Shown here one piece after another: positions 18,553-28,250 of a DNA stretch of 64,000 nt. The position numbers and the translations under genes were made by a program. The notes below the pieces were generated by a model. The model was not told the origin of the DNA and did not search any database. It saw only the letters and a program-made list of their open reading frames with translations. The first letter of the stretch is position 1. Every line of letters begins with the position of its first letter. Origin of the DNA: an uncultured Alphaproteobacteria bacterium (GTDB lineage: Bacteria > Pseudomonadota > Alphaproteobacteria > Sphingomonadales > Sphingomonadaceae); assembly GCA_963844225.1 (NCBI GenBank), contig CAWJNG010000008.1, positions 78,837-142,836 of the forward strand, written 5' to 3'.

Positions 18553-18622
18553 GCGGAAATTTCATATGCCCTCCCTGCACGTTGCTGGCTGTTATATTAC
18601 ATTGAAATTAAAGGAATATATT

Positions 18623-19093
18623 GTGAACAAGCGCGATCTGATCGCGATCGGAGAATTAGCGAAGCGGACCGGAGTCGCGGTATCGGCGATTCGCTTTTAC
18701 GAAGCCCGGGGGCTGATTGAAGCCTTGCGGTCGGCGGGCGGACAGCGGCGGTTTTTGCGCGCCGACATCCGCCGCGTCTCATTCATCCTGATCGCGCAGC
18801 AACTGGGGATGAGTCTTGACGAGATCGCCAATGAGCTGACCCAGCTTCCCGCCGGCCGCACCCCCAATGCCGCCGACTGGTCGCGGATCAGTCAAGGTTT
18901 GCGCGAACGGATCAGCGGGCAGATTGCTTCGTTGGAGCGGACGCGCGACCTGCTCGACGGCTGCATCGGCTGCGGCTGCCTGTCCTTGAAGAAATGCGGC
19001 CTGTACAATGTCCACGACAAGGCGGCGCAGCGCGGGGCGGGGCCGCGTTATCTGTTGGGGGATCGGGCGTCGGAGATTGCAGAGGTTGAGTAA
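18623..19093 (+). CDS. soxR: redox-sensitive MerR-family activator SoxR
   Basis: GTG start at 18623 (SD aaaggaa). Helix-turn-helix IGELAKRTGVAVSAIRFYE. C-terminal [2Fe-2S] motif CIGCGCLSLKKCGLYN. Confidence 0.9.
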   Translation: MNKRDLIAIGELAKRTGVAVSAIRFYEARGLIEALRSAGGQRRFLRADIRRVSFILIAQQLGMSLDEIANELTQLPAGRTPNAADWSRISQGLRERISGQIASLERTRDLLDGCIGCGCLSLKKCGLYNVHDKAAQRGAGPRYLLGDRASEIAEVE

Positions 19094-19122
19094 GGCCTTC
19101 CCCCGGCGCATGCGCATGGGCG

Positions 19123-19506
19123 TTAAAGCAATCCCGTCTGCTGGCGGAACAAATGAGTGTCGGCATATTGGACAAATTTGCGTATGCGCCCGTCACTTAC
19201 GGTCCACACATGGCAAAAGGGCGCCGCGACTTTGCCCTCGTCGCCGCGATAGACCCCGAACGCGACCGCGCGGTCATTGTCTAGCGGCAAGATTTCATCG
19301 ACGTCAGCATAGAAGCCGTCAATTTGTGCGGTGATGGGGCCAAAGACTTTTTCGGCAATCTGCGCAAAGCCTTGCCAGACGCCGCCATAGGGCATGCCCT
19401 CGGCCTCGTGCCATTCGGTCTCAGCAAGCAGCGCGCCGAGAGCGTCCATATCGCCCGTTCCAAAGGCATCGTAAAGCGCCTGCGCCGTCGATTTTGCATC
19501 GCTCAT
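19123..19506 (-). CDS. SnoaL-like / NTF2-fold protein
   Basis: 127 aa. N-terminus AQALYDAFGTGDMDALGALLAETEWHEAEG is typical of SnoaL-like domains. Confidence 0.7.
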   Translation of the reverse strand: MSDAKSTAQALYDAFGTGDMDALGALLAETEWHEAEGMPYGGVWQGFAQIAEKVFGPITAQIDGFYADVDEILPLDNDRAVAFGVYRGDEGKVAAPFCHVWTVSDGRIRKFVQYADTHLFRQQTGLL

Positions 19507-19569
19507 CTTCGCTCCTTACTCAATTCATGTTGCGCAACTGATCATGCCAAGGCGCATTGCCTATGATCC

Positions 19570-19860
19570 CTATACCGCGCTGAGTGTTTCTACTTCGGGT
19601 GCTCCGGCCATGCAGGGGCCAAGCCGTGCGCCGATGGTGCGGAAATGATCGGTTCCGCGATGGGCTTCAAGAGCCGCCTGATCGTCATAACATTCGAGCA
19701 CTTTATAGACGCCGCTGTCGTCGGTGCGGAATAGTCGGTAATAGCTATTGCCCGCTTCATTCGCATCGACGGCTGCGACGAGTTCGGCAAAGATCGATTC
19801 AAATTCGGCTTCCTTGCCCGCTTGTACGCGCAATATCGCGATAACGCCGATGGCACTCAT
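19570..19860 (-). CDS. antibiotic-biosynthesis-monooxygenase (ABM) domain protein
   Basis: Start refined to MSAIGVIAILRVQAGKEAEFE (SD GGGGAGAGAG). About 96 aa, ferredoxin-like ABM pattern (..YKVLECYDDQAALEAHRGTDHF). Confidence 0.7.
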   Translation of the reverse strand: MSAIGVIAILRVQAGKEAEFESIFAELVAAVDANEAGNSYYRLFRTDDSGVYKVLECYDDQAALEAHRGTDHFRTIGARLGPCMAGAPEVETLSAV

Positions 19861-19938
19861 AATCTCTCTCCCCTGCAGGGCGCATTGGCCCAAAGAGGTC
19901 GACCCGGCCCGATTGGACCGGATCGACCCGCTGCGGCG

Positions 19939-21120
19939 TCAGAAAATTTCGAACAGTCCGGCAGCGCCCTGGCCGCCACCGATGCACATGGTGACGACGG
20001 CATATTTGGCACCGCGACGCTTGCCCTCGATCAGGGCGTGGCCGGTGCAGCGCGCGCCGGTCATGCCAAAAGGATGGCCGATCGAGATCGAGCCGCCATT
20101 GACGTTCAATATGTCACCCGGAATGCCCAGCTTATCGCGGCAATAAAGCACTTGCACGGCAAAAGCTTCGTTGAGTTCCCACAGGCCGATATCGTCCATC
20201 TTGAGGTCGAAGCGTTCGAGCAGCTTGGGGATCGCGAATACGGGACCGATGCCCATTTCGTCAGGTTCGGTGCCTGCAACCGCCATGCCGACATAGCGGC
20301 CGAGCGGGGTCAGGCCGCGCTTTTCAGCAATCTTGGCTTCCATGACAACGCAAGCCGAGGATCCGTCGCTGAGTTGGCTGGCGTTGCCCGCAGTGACCGT
20401 ATGACCCTCGCCCATAACGGGCTTCAGCGACGCCAGACCCTCAAGCGTCGTGTTGGGACGGTTGCAATCATCCTTGTCGGCGACGACGTCCTTGAAGCTG
20501 ATCTCGCCGCTTTCCTTGTCCTTGATCGCCATGGTGGCGTGACAGGCGATGATTTCATCGTCGAACTTGCCCGCTTCCTGCGCGGCGGCGGTGCGCTGCT
20601 GCGACTGGAGCGAATATTCATCCTGCGCTTCGCGGCTGATATTATAACGTTTGGCAACAACCTCTGCGGTGCCGATCATTGGCATATAGGTGTCGGGGTG
20701 CATCTTGATCAGTTCGGCGTCGGGTTCGATGAAAATCTTGCCGCTGCCGCTGACTTTCGAGATGGATTCAACTCCGCCAGCGACGCAAATGTCCATGCGG
20801 TCGATGATGATCTGCTTGGCGGCAGTGGCGATGGTCATCAAACCCGACGAACATTGGCGATCGATCGACATGGCGGGGACCGTAACGGGCAGGCCGGCAC
20901 GCAGCGCGATCAGACGCGCGACATTGGGGGCTTGCGAGCCTTGTTGCATGGCGGCACCAAAGACGACGTCGTCGATTTCGCCGCCATCAAGGCCAGCCCG
21001 CTCGACGGCGGCCTTGACCGAAAAGGCACCCAGCGTCGGCGATGTTGTGTTGTTGAAAGCTCCGCGACCGGCTTTGACTAGCGGGGTGCGGGCGGTGGAG
21101 ACTATGACGGCGTCACGCAT
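19939..21120 (-). CDS. acetyl-CoA C-acyltransferase (thiolase)
   Basis: 393 aa. Active-site contexts [30 protein letters not shown]. Confidence 0.9.
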   Translation of the reverse strand: MRDAVIVSTARTPLVKAGRGAFNNTTSPTLGAFSVKAAVERAGLDGGEIDDVVFGAAMQQGSQAPNVARLIALRAGLPVTVPAMSIDRQCSSGLMTIATAAKQIIIDRMDICVAGGVESISKVSGSGKIFIEPDAELIKMHPDTYMPMIGTAEVVAKRYNISREAQDEYSLQSQQRTAAAQEAGKFDDEIIACHATMAIKDKESGEISFKDVVADKDDCNRPNTTLEGLASLKPVMGEGHTVTAGNASQLSDGSSACVVMEAKIAEKRGLTPLGRYVGMAVAGTEPDEMGIGPVFAIPKLLERFDLKMDDIGLWELNEAFAVQVLYCRDKLGIPGDILNVNGGSISIGHPFGMTGARCTGHALIEGKRRGAKYAVVTMCIGGGQGAAGLFEIF

Positions 21121-21174
21121 GATGAATTTCCTTTATGGTTGCGTAGGAGGGGGCCTTAACCGGGGAGGAGGCCG

Positions 21175-21633
21175 CTAAACGAAAAACTGACTTATCCATT
21201 CAGCGATCAGTGCGGGCTTATCCTCGCCTTCGATTTCGACCGATACTTCGGTGGTCTGTTGCCACTGACCGGGGCGCTTTTCGACGAGTTCAAGCAATTT
21301 GACATGGCTGCGTACGCGCTTGCCCGAACGGACGGGCGACAGGAAGCGCACCTTGTTGCAACCATAGTTGACGCCCATTTTGACGCCGCCAACCTTGGGG
21401 CCATCGGTGCTGGCGCCGAGCCTAGGCATCAAGGACAGGGTGAGAAAGCCATGGGCGATGGTGCCGCCGAAAGGCGTCAGCTTGGCCTTTTCAACATCGA
21501 CATGAATGAATTGATGGTCGCCAGTGGCATCGGCAAACTTGTTGATCATCTCTTGATCGACGAGCACCCAATCAGACGTGCCAAGATGCTCGCCGACTTT
21601 GGCCTGCATCTCTTGCGGCGTGATTGTGGCCAT
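21175..21633 (-). CDS. MaoC-family (R)-specific enoyl-CoA hydratase/dehydratase
   Basis: Start refined to MATITPQEMQAK (SD GGGGAA). Hot-dog motif FADATGDHQFIHVD..TIAHGF. Confidence 0.85.
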   Translation of the reverse strand: MATITPQEMQAKVGEHLGTSDWVLVDQEMINKFADATGDHQFIHVDVEKAKLTPFGGTIAHGFLTLSLMPRLGASTDGPKVGGVKMGVNYGCNKVRFLSPVRSGKRVRSHVKLLELVEKRPGQWQQTTEVSVEIEGEDKPALIAEWISQFFV

Positions 21634-21729
21634 ATATTTTCCCCTGACAAAGCGTGTGAAGGCCCGCTTTTTAGGCCTGTGAGGCCGTATTGCACAAGGG
21701 CCATGCAATAGACCGCCCACGCCGTAGCG

Positions 21730-22956
21730 TCAGCCCGCTTTGGAGCTGGCCTCCTTTGGCGGCTTCATTGTGACGCTTTCGGCATAGGGGAGAATCATCT
21801 CGCCATCGGGCGCTGCGGTAAAGGTCGTCTGGGTCGGATAGGCAAAGTCATAGCCTGCCTGGCTCATCGCTTCGAAGATATGAACGCCGACGTCCGAGCG
21901 CGCAGCAGCGACGACATTATAATCGTCGCTATGCACATCGAACAATAGTTCAAAATTGAGGCTGGAATCGCCGAAACCGGTAAAGCTGGAGCGGACAAAT
22001 TCATGCCCCGCATCCTCGATTTGCTTTTGCAACAGGGCGGGCAGCGCGCGTAGCATATCGGGGCTGGTTTGATAGATGACGCCGACCGGCAGCTCTACCC
22101 GGCGGCGGCTGAGATGCGCGAAATTGGCGATTTCCTTGTTGAGCAAATTGGTGTTGGAAACAATGAGCAACTCGCCGTTGATTGAACGGAGCCGCGTACT
22201 TTTCAGGCCGATGCGTTCGACCTTGGCGATAGTATTGTCCCATTTGATCACTTCGCCATTGCGGAACGGACGGTCGAAAATAATCGATAGTGCCGCGAAC
22301 AGGTCAGAGAATATACCCTGCGCGGCCAAACCGATGGCGATGCCGCCGACGCCAAGGCCCGCGACCAGGCCTGTGACATTGACACCCAGATTGGCGAGAA
22401 TGACAATAGCGGCAACCGCGAATAGCGCGACGCTGATCAGCAAACGGATGATGCCCATCGCGTTGACGAGTGTTTCATTGTCACCCTCGTCGGCGCGGCG
22501 CTGGATCAGGCCCAAAACGATCTCGCGCGCCCAGATGGCGACCTGCATGACCGCGGCGACGATAAAAATCATGTTGATAGCATGCATCACCAGTGCCGGC
22601 GGGTCGGCATAACCGGCGACCAATCGAACCGAGACGATCGCGAGAACCTGCGACTTGGTTTTGTTGACCACGCGCAGGATGATTTCGGTTAGCGTCAGAT
22701 CGCCCCCGGCTTTGCGCGCACGACTGAGCGCCCAGCTACGCAGCAGGGACAAGACGCAATAAATGACCAGTCCGGCGATCACAGCAATGCCGATCTGCAA
22801 CCAGTGGCTGTTGACCCAGTCCAGGCTGTCAGTCCACCATAGTTGCAGCTGCTGCAGCGGCGGCGTTTCGGGCTTGGAAGTTGCGGCGGTCGTCAGCCAG
22901 AATTTTTGCACATCAATCCTCTTGTTCGGTAGCGAGCCATCATATTTTGGCGCCAT
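21730..22956 (-). CDS. MscS-family mechanosensitive channel
   Basis: Multi-TM N-terminus, then the conserved pore/beta-domain region GLGVGGIAIGLAAQGIFSDLFAALSIIFDRPFRNGEVI. The start (22956 or 22980) is uncertain. Confidence 0.85.
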   Translation of the reverse strand: MAPKYDGSLPNKRIDVQKFWLTTAATSKPETPPLQQLQLWWTDSLDWVNSHWLQIGIAVIAGLVIYCVLSLLRSWALSRARKAGGDLTLTEIILRVVNKTKSQVLAIVSVRLVAGYADPPALVMHAINMIFIVAAVMQVAIWAREIVLGLIQRRADEGDNETLVNAMGIIRLLISVALFAVAAIVILANLGVNVTGLVAGLGVGGIAIGLAAQGIFSDLFAALSIIFDRPFRNGEVIKWDNTIAKVERIGLKSTRLRSINGELLIVSNTNLLNKEIANFAHLSRRRVELPVGVIYQTSPDMLRALPALLQKQIEDAGHEFVRSSFTGFGDSSLNFELLFDVHSDDYNVVAAARSDVGVHIFEAMSQAGYDFAYPTQTTFTAAPDGEMILPYAESVTMKPPKEASSKAG

Positions 22957-23072
22957 AGCGTGATATCGGGGCCTACGCACCCCGCAATTGCGCCCTGTGA
23001 CAGGGCGCGCGCGCGACGCGGGCCTTTTCGACCTAGCGCATCGCGCGCGCCATGGTTCCGTTTCGGCTTGAT

Positions 23073-24455
23073 TTATGAGGAAGAAGGAAGCTGCGGCATT
23101 ACCGGTCGCACCGCCGGACGCGCGGTGAGCGGGCGCCAGCCCGCCTCACGCTCGCGGCGGCGACAATAGGTCGACAACCCCATTTGGAGCGCCAGCATCA
23201 TGTAGATGAAGGGTTGGAAGGCGATACCGACAAACAATGATCCGACAAGGTAGGACGCATGGCCATGCTGAAGCGCCGTGGCGAGGGGGGCAATCCATTG
23301 CTCCTCGGCGCGCCGTGTCTTGCGATAGCGACGCTGCAGCCGCTCCATCTGGATAAGACCGCTGAGGTGCAGCAAGAGCCAGAGTGCAAGACCGGGATAG
23401 CCTTGTTCGCCGAGCATCTCGAAATAGCTGCTGTGATAGGCGCGCGATTTATCGGTGTAGGAAGTGGGTTCGTCGTTCGTCGGGGCATCAGGATCATATT
23501 TGCCCGCTGACAGTTCGACCCGGATATGATTTTGGATATAGGCGTTGAAGCCGCCGCCGAACGGATTGTCTTTTGCATAGTCCCACGTCCAGGCCCAGAC
23601 GGCGAGGCGGGTCGAGGCCGATTCATCGGATTTATTGTCGCGGATGGTTTCCATCCGATCGGTGAAGCTTTGCGGCAGGAACGGGATGGAGGCGACCGCC
23701 AGCGCGGCGGCGATCCCGGCATAAACAAAGCGATGCTTGACCGCGCGCAGCGCTAGCGCGGCAACCACCACAAGACATACAAGACCGGTCCGCGCCTCGG
23801 TTCCGATAGGGATAAGGACGCAGGCAAAGCATAAAGCATAGCAAAAGACCGAGACGCGCCAGTCGGGCGGAAAGATGGTGCCATGCTTGCGATACCAGAG
23901 GATCAAGGGAATGATGCCGATCGCGACGCATGACATGATGCTGCCTTCGTACAGGCCGTAATTTTCGCTGAGCAAAAGCTCCAGCGTTCCATAGCCACCG
24001 CCGCTGACCGCGGTCTTGATGCCGCCTGAAATCGCAATCGACCCGGCTGACAACAGCATGATCAGCGTCAGCGACTCGATTCGCAACCGGGTGCGCAGCG
24101 TGAGCGGAAGGAAGATGGCCCACAGCAAAGCCTTCCAGACCCAGTCCCATTTATCCAGTGCCTCGACCGGAAAGTCGGCCTGCATCGTGGTCAGCCCGCA
24201 ATAGAATAATAGGAGCAGAAGTATGGTTTGCCGTCCCGACCACCGGGTGTCGCGCTTGTCGTCGATGGTCAGCCAGCCAAGGATGGCGAGGCCAAAGACG
24301 ATCAACGAAATCGGAATCGAATTGATGAGATAATAGCTGAGCTTTTGCGGCGCGACGATATCGATATAGCAATAGCAAAGGACCAACAGGAACGGCTTAC
24401 GAAAGCCGACCCCGATGAAGGCGAACAAAAAGGCGATAAAGGCGATGTCACGCAT
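23073..24455 (-). CDS. O-antigen ligase / O-glycosylation ligase family membrane protein (Wzy_C-like, exosortase-A-associated type)
   Basis: Start refined to MRDIAFIAFLFAFIGVGFRKPF. About 12 predicted TM helices with a large loop. The N-terminal block resembles the exosortase-A-associated ligase family as I recall it. Confidence 0.75.
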   Translation of the reverse strand: MRDIAFIAFLFAFIGVGFRKPFLLVLCYCYIDIVAPQKLSYYLINSIPISLIVFGLAILGWLTIDDKRDTRWSGRQTILLLLLFYCGLTTMQADFPVEALDKWDWVWKALLWAIFLPLTLRTRLRIESLTLIMLLSAGSIAISGGIKTAVSGGGYGTLELLLSENYGLYEGSIMSCVAIGIIPLILWYRKHGTIFPPDWRVSVFCYALCFACVLIPIGTEARTGLVCLVVVAALALRAVKHRFVYAGIAAALAVASIPFLPQSFTDRMETIRDNKSDESASTRLAVWAWTWDYAKDNPFGGGFNAYIQNHIRVELSAGKYDPDAPTNDEPTSYTDKSRAYHSSYFEMLGEQGYPGLALWLLLHLSGLIQMERLQRRYRKTRRAEEQWIAPLATALQHGHASYLVGSLFVGIAFQPFIYMMLALQMGLSTYCRRREREAGWRPLTARPAVRPVMPQLPSSS

Positions 24456-24639
24456 CTCGCGCTGGGTCCTCGATCGATGATTTGCGGCTGGTCCATTGCT
24501 GCCGCGGTGTGACCTCATGGTCTAAATCGTCGCGGTACAGCAGGCGCCACAGCGCAATCGCCATCAGCGCATGGGTCAGTCCGATGGCAAAATTGTCAAC
24601 CATGGGGCGATGCGGCTTTCCTGTTTGCGGCGCGGACAT
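24448..24639 (-). CDS. possible 63-aa membrane peptide translationally coupled to the ligase gene
   Basis: The ORF's stop overlaps the ligase ATG (ATGCGTGA). One hydrophobic helix (FAIGLTHALMAIALWRLLY). GC3 is roughly genome-like, but there is no well-spaced SD. Confidence 0.35.
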   Translation of the reverse strand: MSAPQTGKPHRPMVDNFAIGLTHALMAIALWRLLYRDDLDHEVTPRQQWTSRKSSIEDPARDA

Positions 24640-24708
24640 AGGCGCCGCCCTTGTCGCTCCTAACGGAACGGGGTTGACGCGGCGTTAAGGCTTCTCTGGC
24701 AAAGCGCG

Positions 24709-25938
24709 GTGAATATGACCCGCATTTTGCATGTTCTCGACCATAGTTTGCCCGCGCATAGCGGCTATACATTTCGTACCCGCGCGCTGATGAAGGCCCA
24801 GATCGCCAAGGGCTGGGACGTGGCGGGGGTCACTGGCGTGCGTCACCCCGAACCGGGCGCGGACGGCGAAACCGTCGATGGCCTGACTTTTTATCGCACT
24901 CCGCCGATTGCACCGGCGCCTTCTCCAATCCGCGAATGGCGCGAAATCGGCGCGCTCGCGGCGCGGATTGATGCGCTGGTCGATGCATGGAAGCCCGATC
25001 TTCTCCATGCACATTCGCCGGTGATGGACGCCATGGCGGCGCTGCGGATCGGCAAACGACGCGACATTCCGGTGCTTTATGAGATCCGCGCCTTTTGGGA
25101 AGATGCGGCGGTGGGCAATGGCACAGGCCGCGAAGGGAGTGCGCGTTATTTCCTGACCCGTCAGCTCGAAACCCATGCCGTCAAATCGGCCGACGCCGTC
25201 GCGGTTATCTGTGACGGACTGCGCCACGACCTGATGGCGCGCGGGGTTGCAGACGACAAGATTGTGGTCTCGCCCAACGGTGTTGATCTCGACCTGTTCG
25301 GCGCGCCACTGCCGCGCGATGCAGCGCTAGCGGTCTCGCTGGGACTGGGTGAAGGCGATGCGGTCATCGGCTTTATCGGCAGCTTTTATGATTATGAGGG
25401 TATCGACGATCTGATTTCTGCAATGCCGGCGCTTGTCGCAGAACAGCCGCAGGCGCAATTGCTACTCGTCGGCGGCGGACCGATGGAGGCGGCGCTCAAG
25501 CAGCAGGCGGCGGCGTCACCGGCTGCTGCGCGCATCCATTTCGTCGGACGCGTTCCGCACGATCAGGTGGAACGCTATTATTCGCTGATCGACATATTGG
25601 CCTATCCGCGCAAGCAAATGCGGTTGACCGATCTGGTCACGCCGCTCAAGCCGCTTGAGGCGATGGCCCAGGGAAAACTGGTTGCCGCGTCCGATGTTGG
25701 GGGGCACCGCGAACTGATCAAGGATGGCGTCACCGGTAGCTTGTTCGCGCCCGATGATCCGGCGGCGATTGCAGCGGCGCTGACCGCGCTGCTTTCTGGT
25801 CGTGAAAATTGGGAAGAGCGTCGCCAAACGGCGCGTGATTTTGTTGAGACACATCGTAACTGGTCGTCAAACATTTTACGTTACGACCCTGTTTACCAGC
25901 GGTTGCTGCGGCAAAATGCCGCATCGCTTGCTGCTTGA
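24709..25938 (+). CDS. family-4 glycosyltransferase (exosortase-A-associated type)
   Basis: 409 aa. N-terminus TRILHVLDHSLPAHSGYTFRT and the GT-B C-terminal motif EAMAQGKLVAASDVGGHRELI. Confidence 0.85.
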   Translation: MNMTRILHVLDHSLPAHSGYTFRTRALMKAQIAKGWDVAGVTGVRHPEPGADGETVDGLTFYRTPPIAPAPSPIREWREIGALAARIDALVDAWKPDLLHAHSPVMDAMAALRIGKRRDIPVLYEIRAFWEDAAVGNGTGREGSARYFLTRQLETHAVKSADAVAVICDGLRHDLMARGVADDKIVVSPNGVDLDLFGAPLPRDAALAVSLGLGEGDAVIGFIGSFYDYEGIDDLISAMPALVAEQPQAQLLLVGGGPMEAALKQQAAASPAAARIHFVGRVPHDQVERYYSLIDILAYPRKQMRLTDLVTPLKPLEAMAQGKLVAASDVGGHRELIKDGVTGSLFAPDDPAAIAAALTALLSGRENWEERRQTARDFVETHRNWSSNILRYDPVYQRLLRQNAASLAA

Positions 25939-26873
25939 AGATGATGAGGGACAGCTGCCTCGACGAGGATGCTGAAGTGGTGCCAATGGCTAAATTTGAA
26001 TTTGGATCATGGCTGAACAAGGGGGCGTCATTGCTCGGCGGCTTCCGTCCGGCTGCGCCTGCCGCCCTGGGTGCGGTCGCGCTGACTTTTCTGTTCGCAG
26101 CTGTGATGCCCATGGCGTGGGTCCGCGGTCTGGCATGGAACCTCTACCTCGACCGGCTGTCGCCGCTGTTCGTGCCGCCGGTGGGCGATGCCGGAAGGCT
26201 GGCGCTCGCGATTGGCATGGCGGTGATTGCTGGCCTTTTGGCGGTACTTGTCGCGCTGGCGATGACCCAATCCGACGCGCACGGCAATGAAGCAAAGCGC
26301 CGCCATATTGCGGCGCGTGCCGAACCAAAAGATGATGGCGGCGATGCGCTGCTTCGCCGCCGCGCCGACCGGCATCCCGACGACGCCCCGCGCCCGCCCA
26401 TTCGCGCCGCGCGCGATTTGCCAGCCGGGGGTCTAGGCCCGACGCTTGGTCGCGACCTGCCCGAGATGGCCGAGAATGATCGCGGCGATGATCTGCATGC
26501 CGATGATCAAACTTCGGGCATCGCAGCGATCAATGATGAACCGGAATTGCCCAACCTCGTGCTGGCCGAATTGGCTGATGATGACGGCGAGCCGTTCTTG
26601 CTCGGCGAACTCGCGCCGCCAGAGGATGTGCCGCCCGCGCCCGTTCGGGCTGGTCTTCAGTCGGTCGACCCGACCGAAAACTCGGCCTCATTGGGTGCCA
26701 TGGTTGCGCGTTTTGAATCGGGCATGGAACGCCGCCGCAAGATTCGAGAGGCCGGTTCGACGAAACATATCGCGACCGAGGCGGCCAATGAAGATGATGA
26801 GCCGCCCATCGATTTTGCCCTCGAAGCCGCGCTTTCCACTTTGCAACGTATGGCACGGAGTGCCGTCAACTGA
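25935..26873 (+). CDS. hypothetical membrane-anchored acidic/disordered protein
   Basis: The start overlaps the GT4 stop (TTGA); alternative ATGs lie at 25941 and 25986. Two TM helices, then a long Asp/Glu/Pro-rich tail. No family recognised. Confidence 0.55.
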   Translation: MKMMRDSCLDEDAEVVPMAKFEFGSWLNKGASLLGGFRPAAPAALGAVALTFLFAAVMPMAWVRGLAWNLYLDRLSPLFVPPVGDAGRLALAIGMAVIAGLLAVLVALAMTQSDAHGNEAKRRHIAARAEPKDDGGDALLRRRADRHPDDAPRPPIRAARDLPAGGLGPTLGRDLPEMAENDRGDDLHADDQTSGIAAINDEPELPNLVLAELADDDGEPFLLGELAPPEDVPPAPVRAGLQSVDPTENSASLGAMVARFESGMERRRKIREAGSTKHIATEAANEDDEPPIDFALEAALSTLQRMARSAVN

Positions 26874-26907
26874 GCCAGTTTGAAAAAACGTAAGTTAAAA
26901 CTTGGTT

Positions 26908-27216
26908 CTAGCGCGGGGCAGACATTTCGGCTTCGATTTCATGATCGAGGATTTCGGCGCGTTGGCATTGATCTTCTTCGCCTTTGTGACATTTGGCGCT
27001 GGCCTTGTCGCGGCGGCGCGCCAGCTCTCCCAGTCGCTCCTCCTGCGCGCGCATGGCCCGACCCCGATTGCGGTCCGCTTCATCCTGGCTGGTTGTCGTC
27101 CAGTCCGCGGCTTTACCGACAATCTTGACCGGCGCCGTGACGACCGATTTGACCGTACTGACGCAGCCAGTAAGTGCGAGCGGGAGCAACATAAGGAGCA
27201 AGGCGAGGGCGCGCAT
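26908..27216 (-). CDS. small lipoprotein
   Basis: 102 aa. Signal peptide with lipobox MRALALLLMLLPLALTGC, then a charged coiled region. Confidence 0.6.
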   Translation of the reverse strand: MRALALLLMLLPLALTGCVSTVKSVVTAPVKIVGKAADWTTTSQDEADRNRGRAMRAQEERLGELARRRDKASAKCHKGEEDQCQRAEILDHEIEAEMSAPR

Positions 27217-27313
27217 CAGAGGTCTTTCAGTCTCTCAATTGGCGAAGCCAAAGGCCCTAGCATGCACAAGCTGAATACACGATGGCGCCGGTCCGCAAAG
27301 CGCGACGACCCGA

Positions 27314-28195
27314 CTATTTCAGCAGGTCGACCGCAAAGGCGCGTACTTCGTCGGCAAGGTCAGAGCGTTCGAGCGCGAGTGCCAGATTGGCGTGGATATA
27401 ACCCGCTTTGGACCCGCAATCGAAGCGCTGGCCGGCAAATGTCACCGCGTGGAATGGCTGGGTGCCAATCATAGCCGCCATCGCATCGGTGAGCTGGATT
27501 TCGCCCCCCGCGCCCTTTTCCTGGCTTTCCAGTACGCGCATGACCTCGGGTTGCAAAATATAGCGGCCCGAGATGATGAGATTGGAAGGGGCGGCGTCAA
27601 CAGCGGGCTTTTCGACCAGCCCCCGTACTTCGGTCAGTGCGCCGTTCATCGCCCCGGGATCGATGACGCCATAGCTCGACACTTGTTCGTGAGGCACCTC
27701 AAGAACCGAGAGCAGATTACCGCCCGTTTGATGATAGGCGTCGACCATCTGCTTCATGCAGCCGGGCGACCCGTGCATCAGCTCGTCGGGCAGAAAAATC
27801 GCAAAAGGTTCGTCGCCAACAATGGAGCGCGCGCACCAGATCGCATGACCCAGACCCAGCGGCTCCTGCTGCCGGACATAGGCGCAATTACCTGGACCAA
27901 GGCGTGTCGGCTCGAGCACCGTCAAATCCTTGCCGCGTTCGGCCATTGTTTTTTCCAGCTCAAAGGCGATATCGAAATGATCCTCGATCGCGCCTTTGCC
28001 GCGACCGGTGACAAAGATCATCTGTTCGATCCCCGCCTCGCGCGCCTCATCGACCGCATATTGTATGAGCGGCCGGTCAACAATCGGCAGCATCTCCTTG
28101 GGGATGGCCTTCGTTGCAGGAAGGAATCGGGTCCCCAGACCGGCGACGGGAAAGACGGCTTTGCGGATCGGTTTCATGTTGATGGCCATAGCCAT
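27314..28195 (-). CDS. galU: UTP--glucose-1-phosphate uridylyltransferase
   Basis: KAVFPVAGLGTRFLPATKAIPKEMLPIVDRPLIQYAVDEA is nearly identical to the canonical GalU N-terminus. 293 aa. Confidence 0.9.
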   Translation of the reverse strand: MAMAINMKPIRKAVFPVAGLGTRFLPATKAIPKEMLPIVDRPLIQYAVDEAREAGIEQMIFVTGRGKGAIEDHFDIAFELEKTMAERGKDLTVLEPTRLGPGNCAYVRQQEPLGLGHAIWCARSIVGDEPFAIFLPDELMHGSPGCMKQMVDAYHQTGGNLLSVLEVPHEQVSSYGVIDPGAMNGALTEVRGLVEKPAVDAAPSNLIISGRYILQPEVMRVLESQEKGAGGEIQLTDAMAAMIGTQPFHAVTFAGQRFDCGSKAGYIHANLALALERSDLADEVRAFAVDLLK

Positions 28196-28250
28196 GAACC
28201 GAGATCAAGGGAAGGCGTTGCGGCGGCGCGCCACCGGCATGCTACGATAT

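Noticed and set aside
19094-19122. GCGCATGCGC palindrome between soxR and the SnoaL-like gene, GCGTCGCGACGC at about 8671-8682, and other short GC palindromes in convergent spacers, considered as bidirectional terminators.
   Set aside because: The stems have no loop or U tract, so there is too little evidence to call them terminators.
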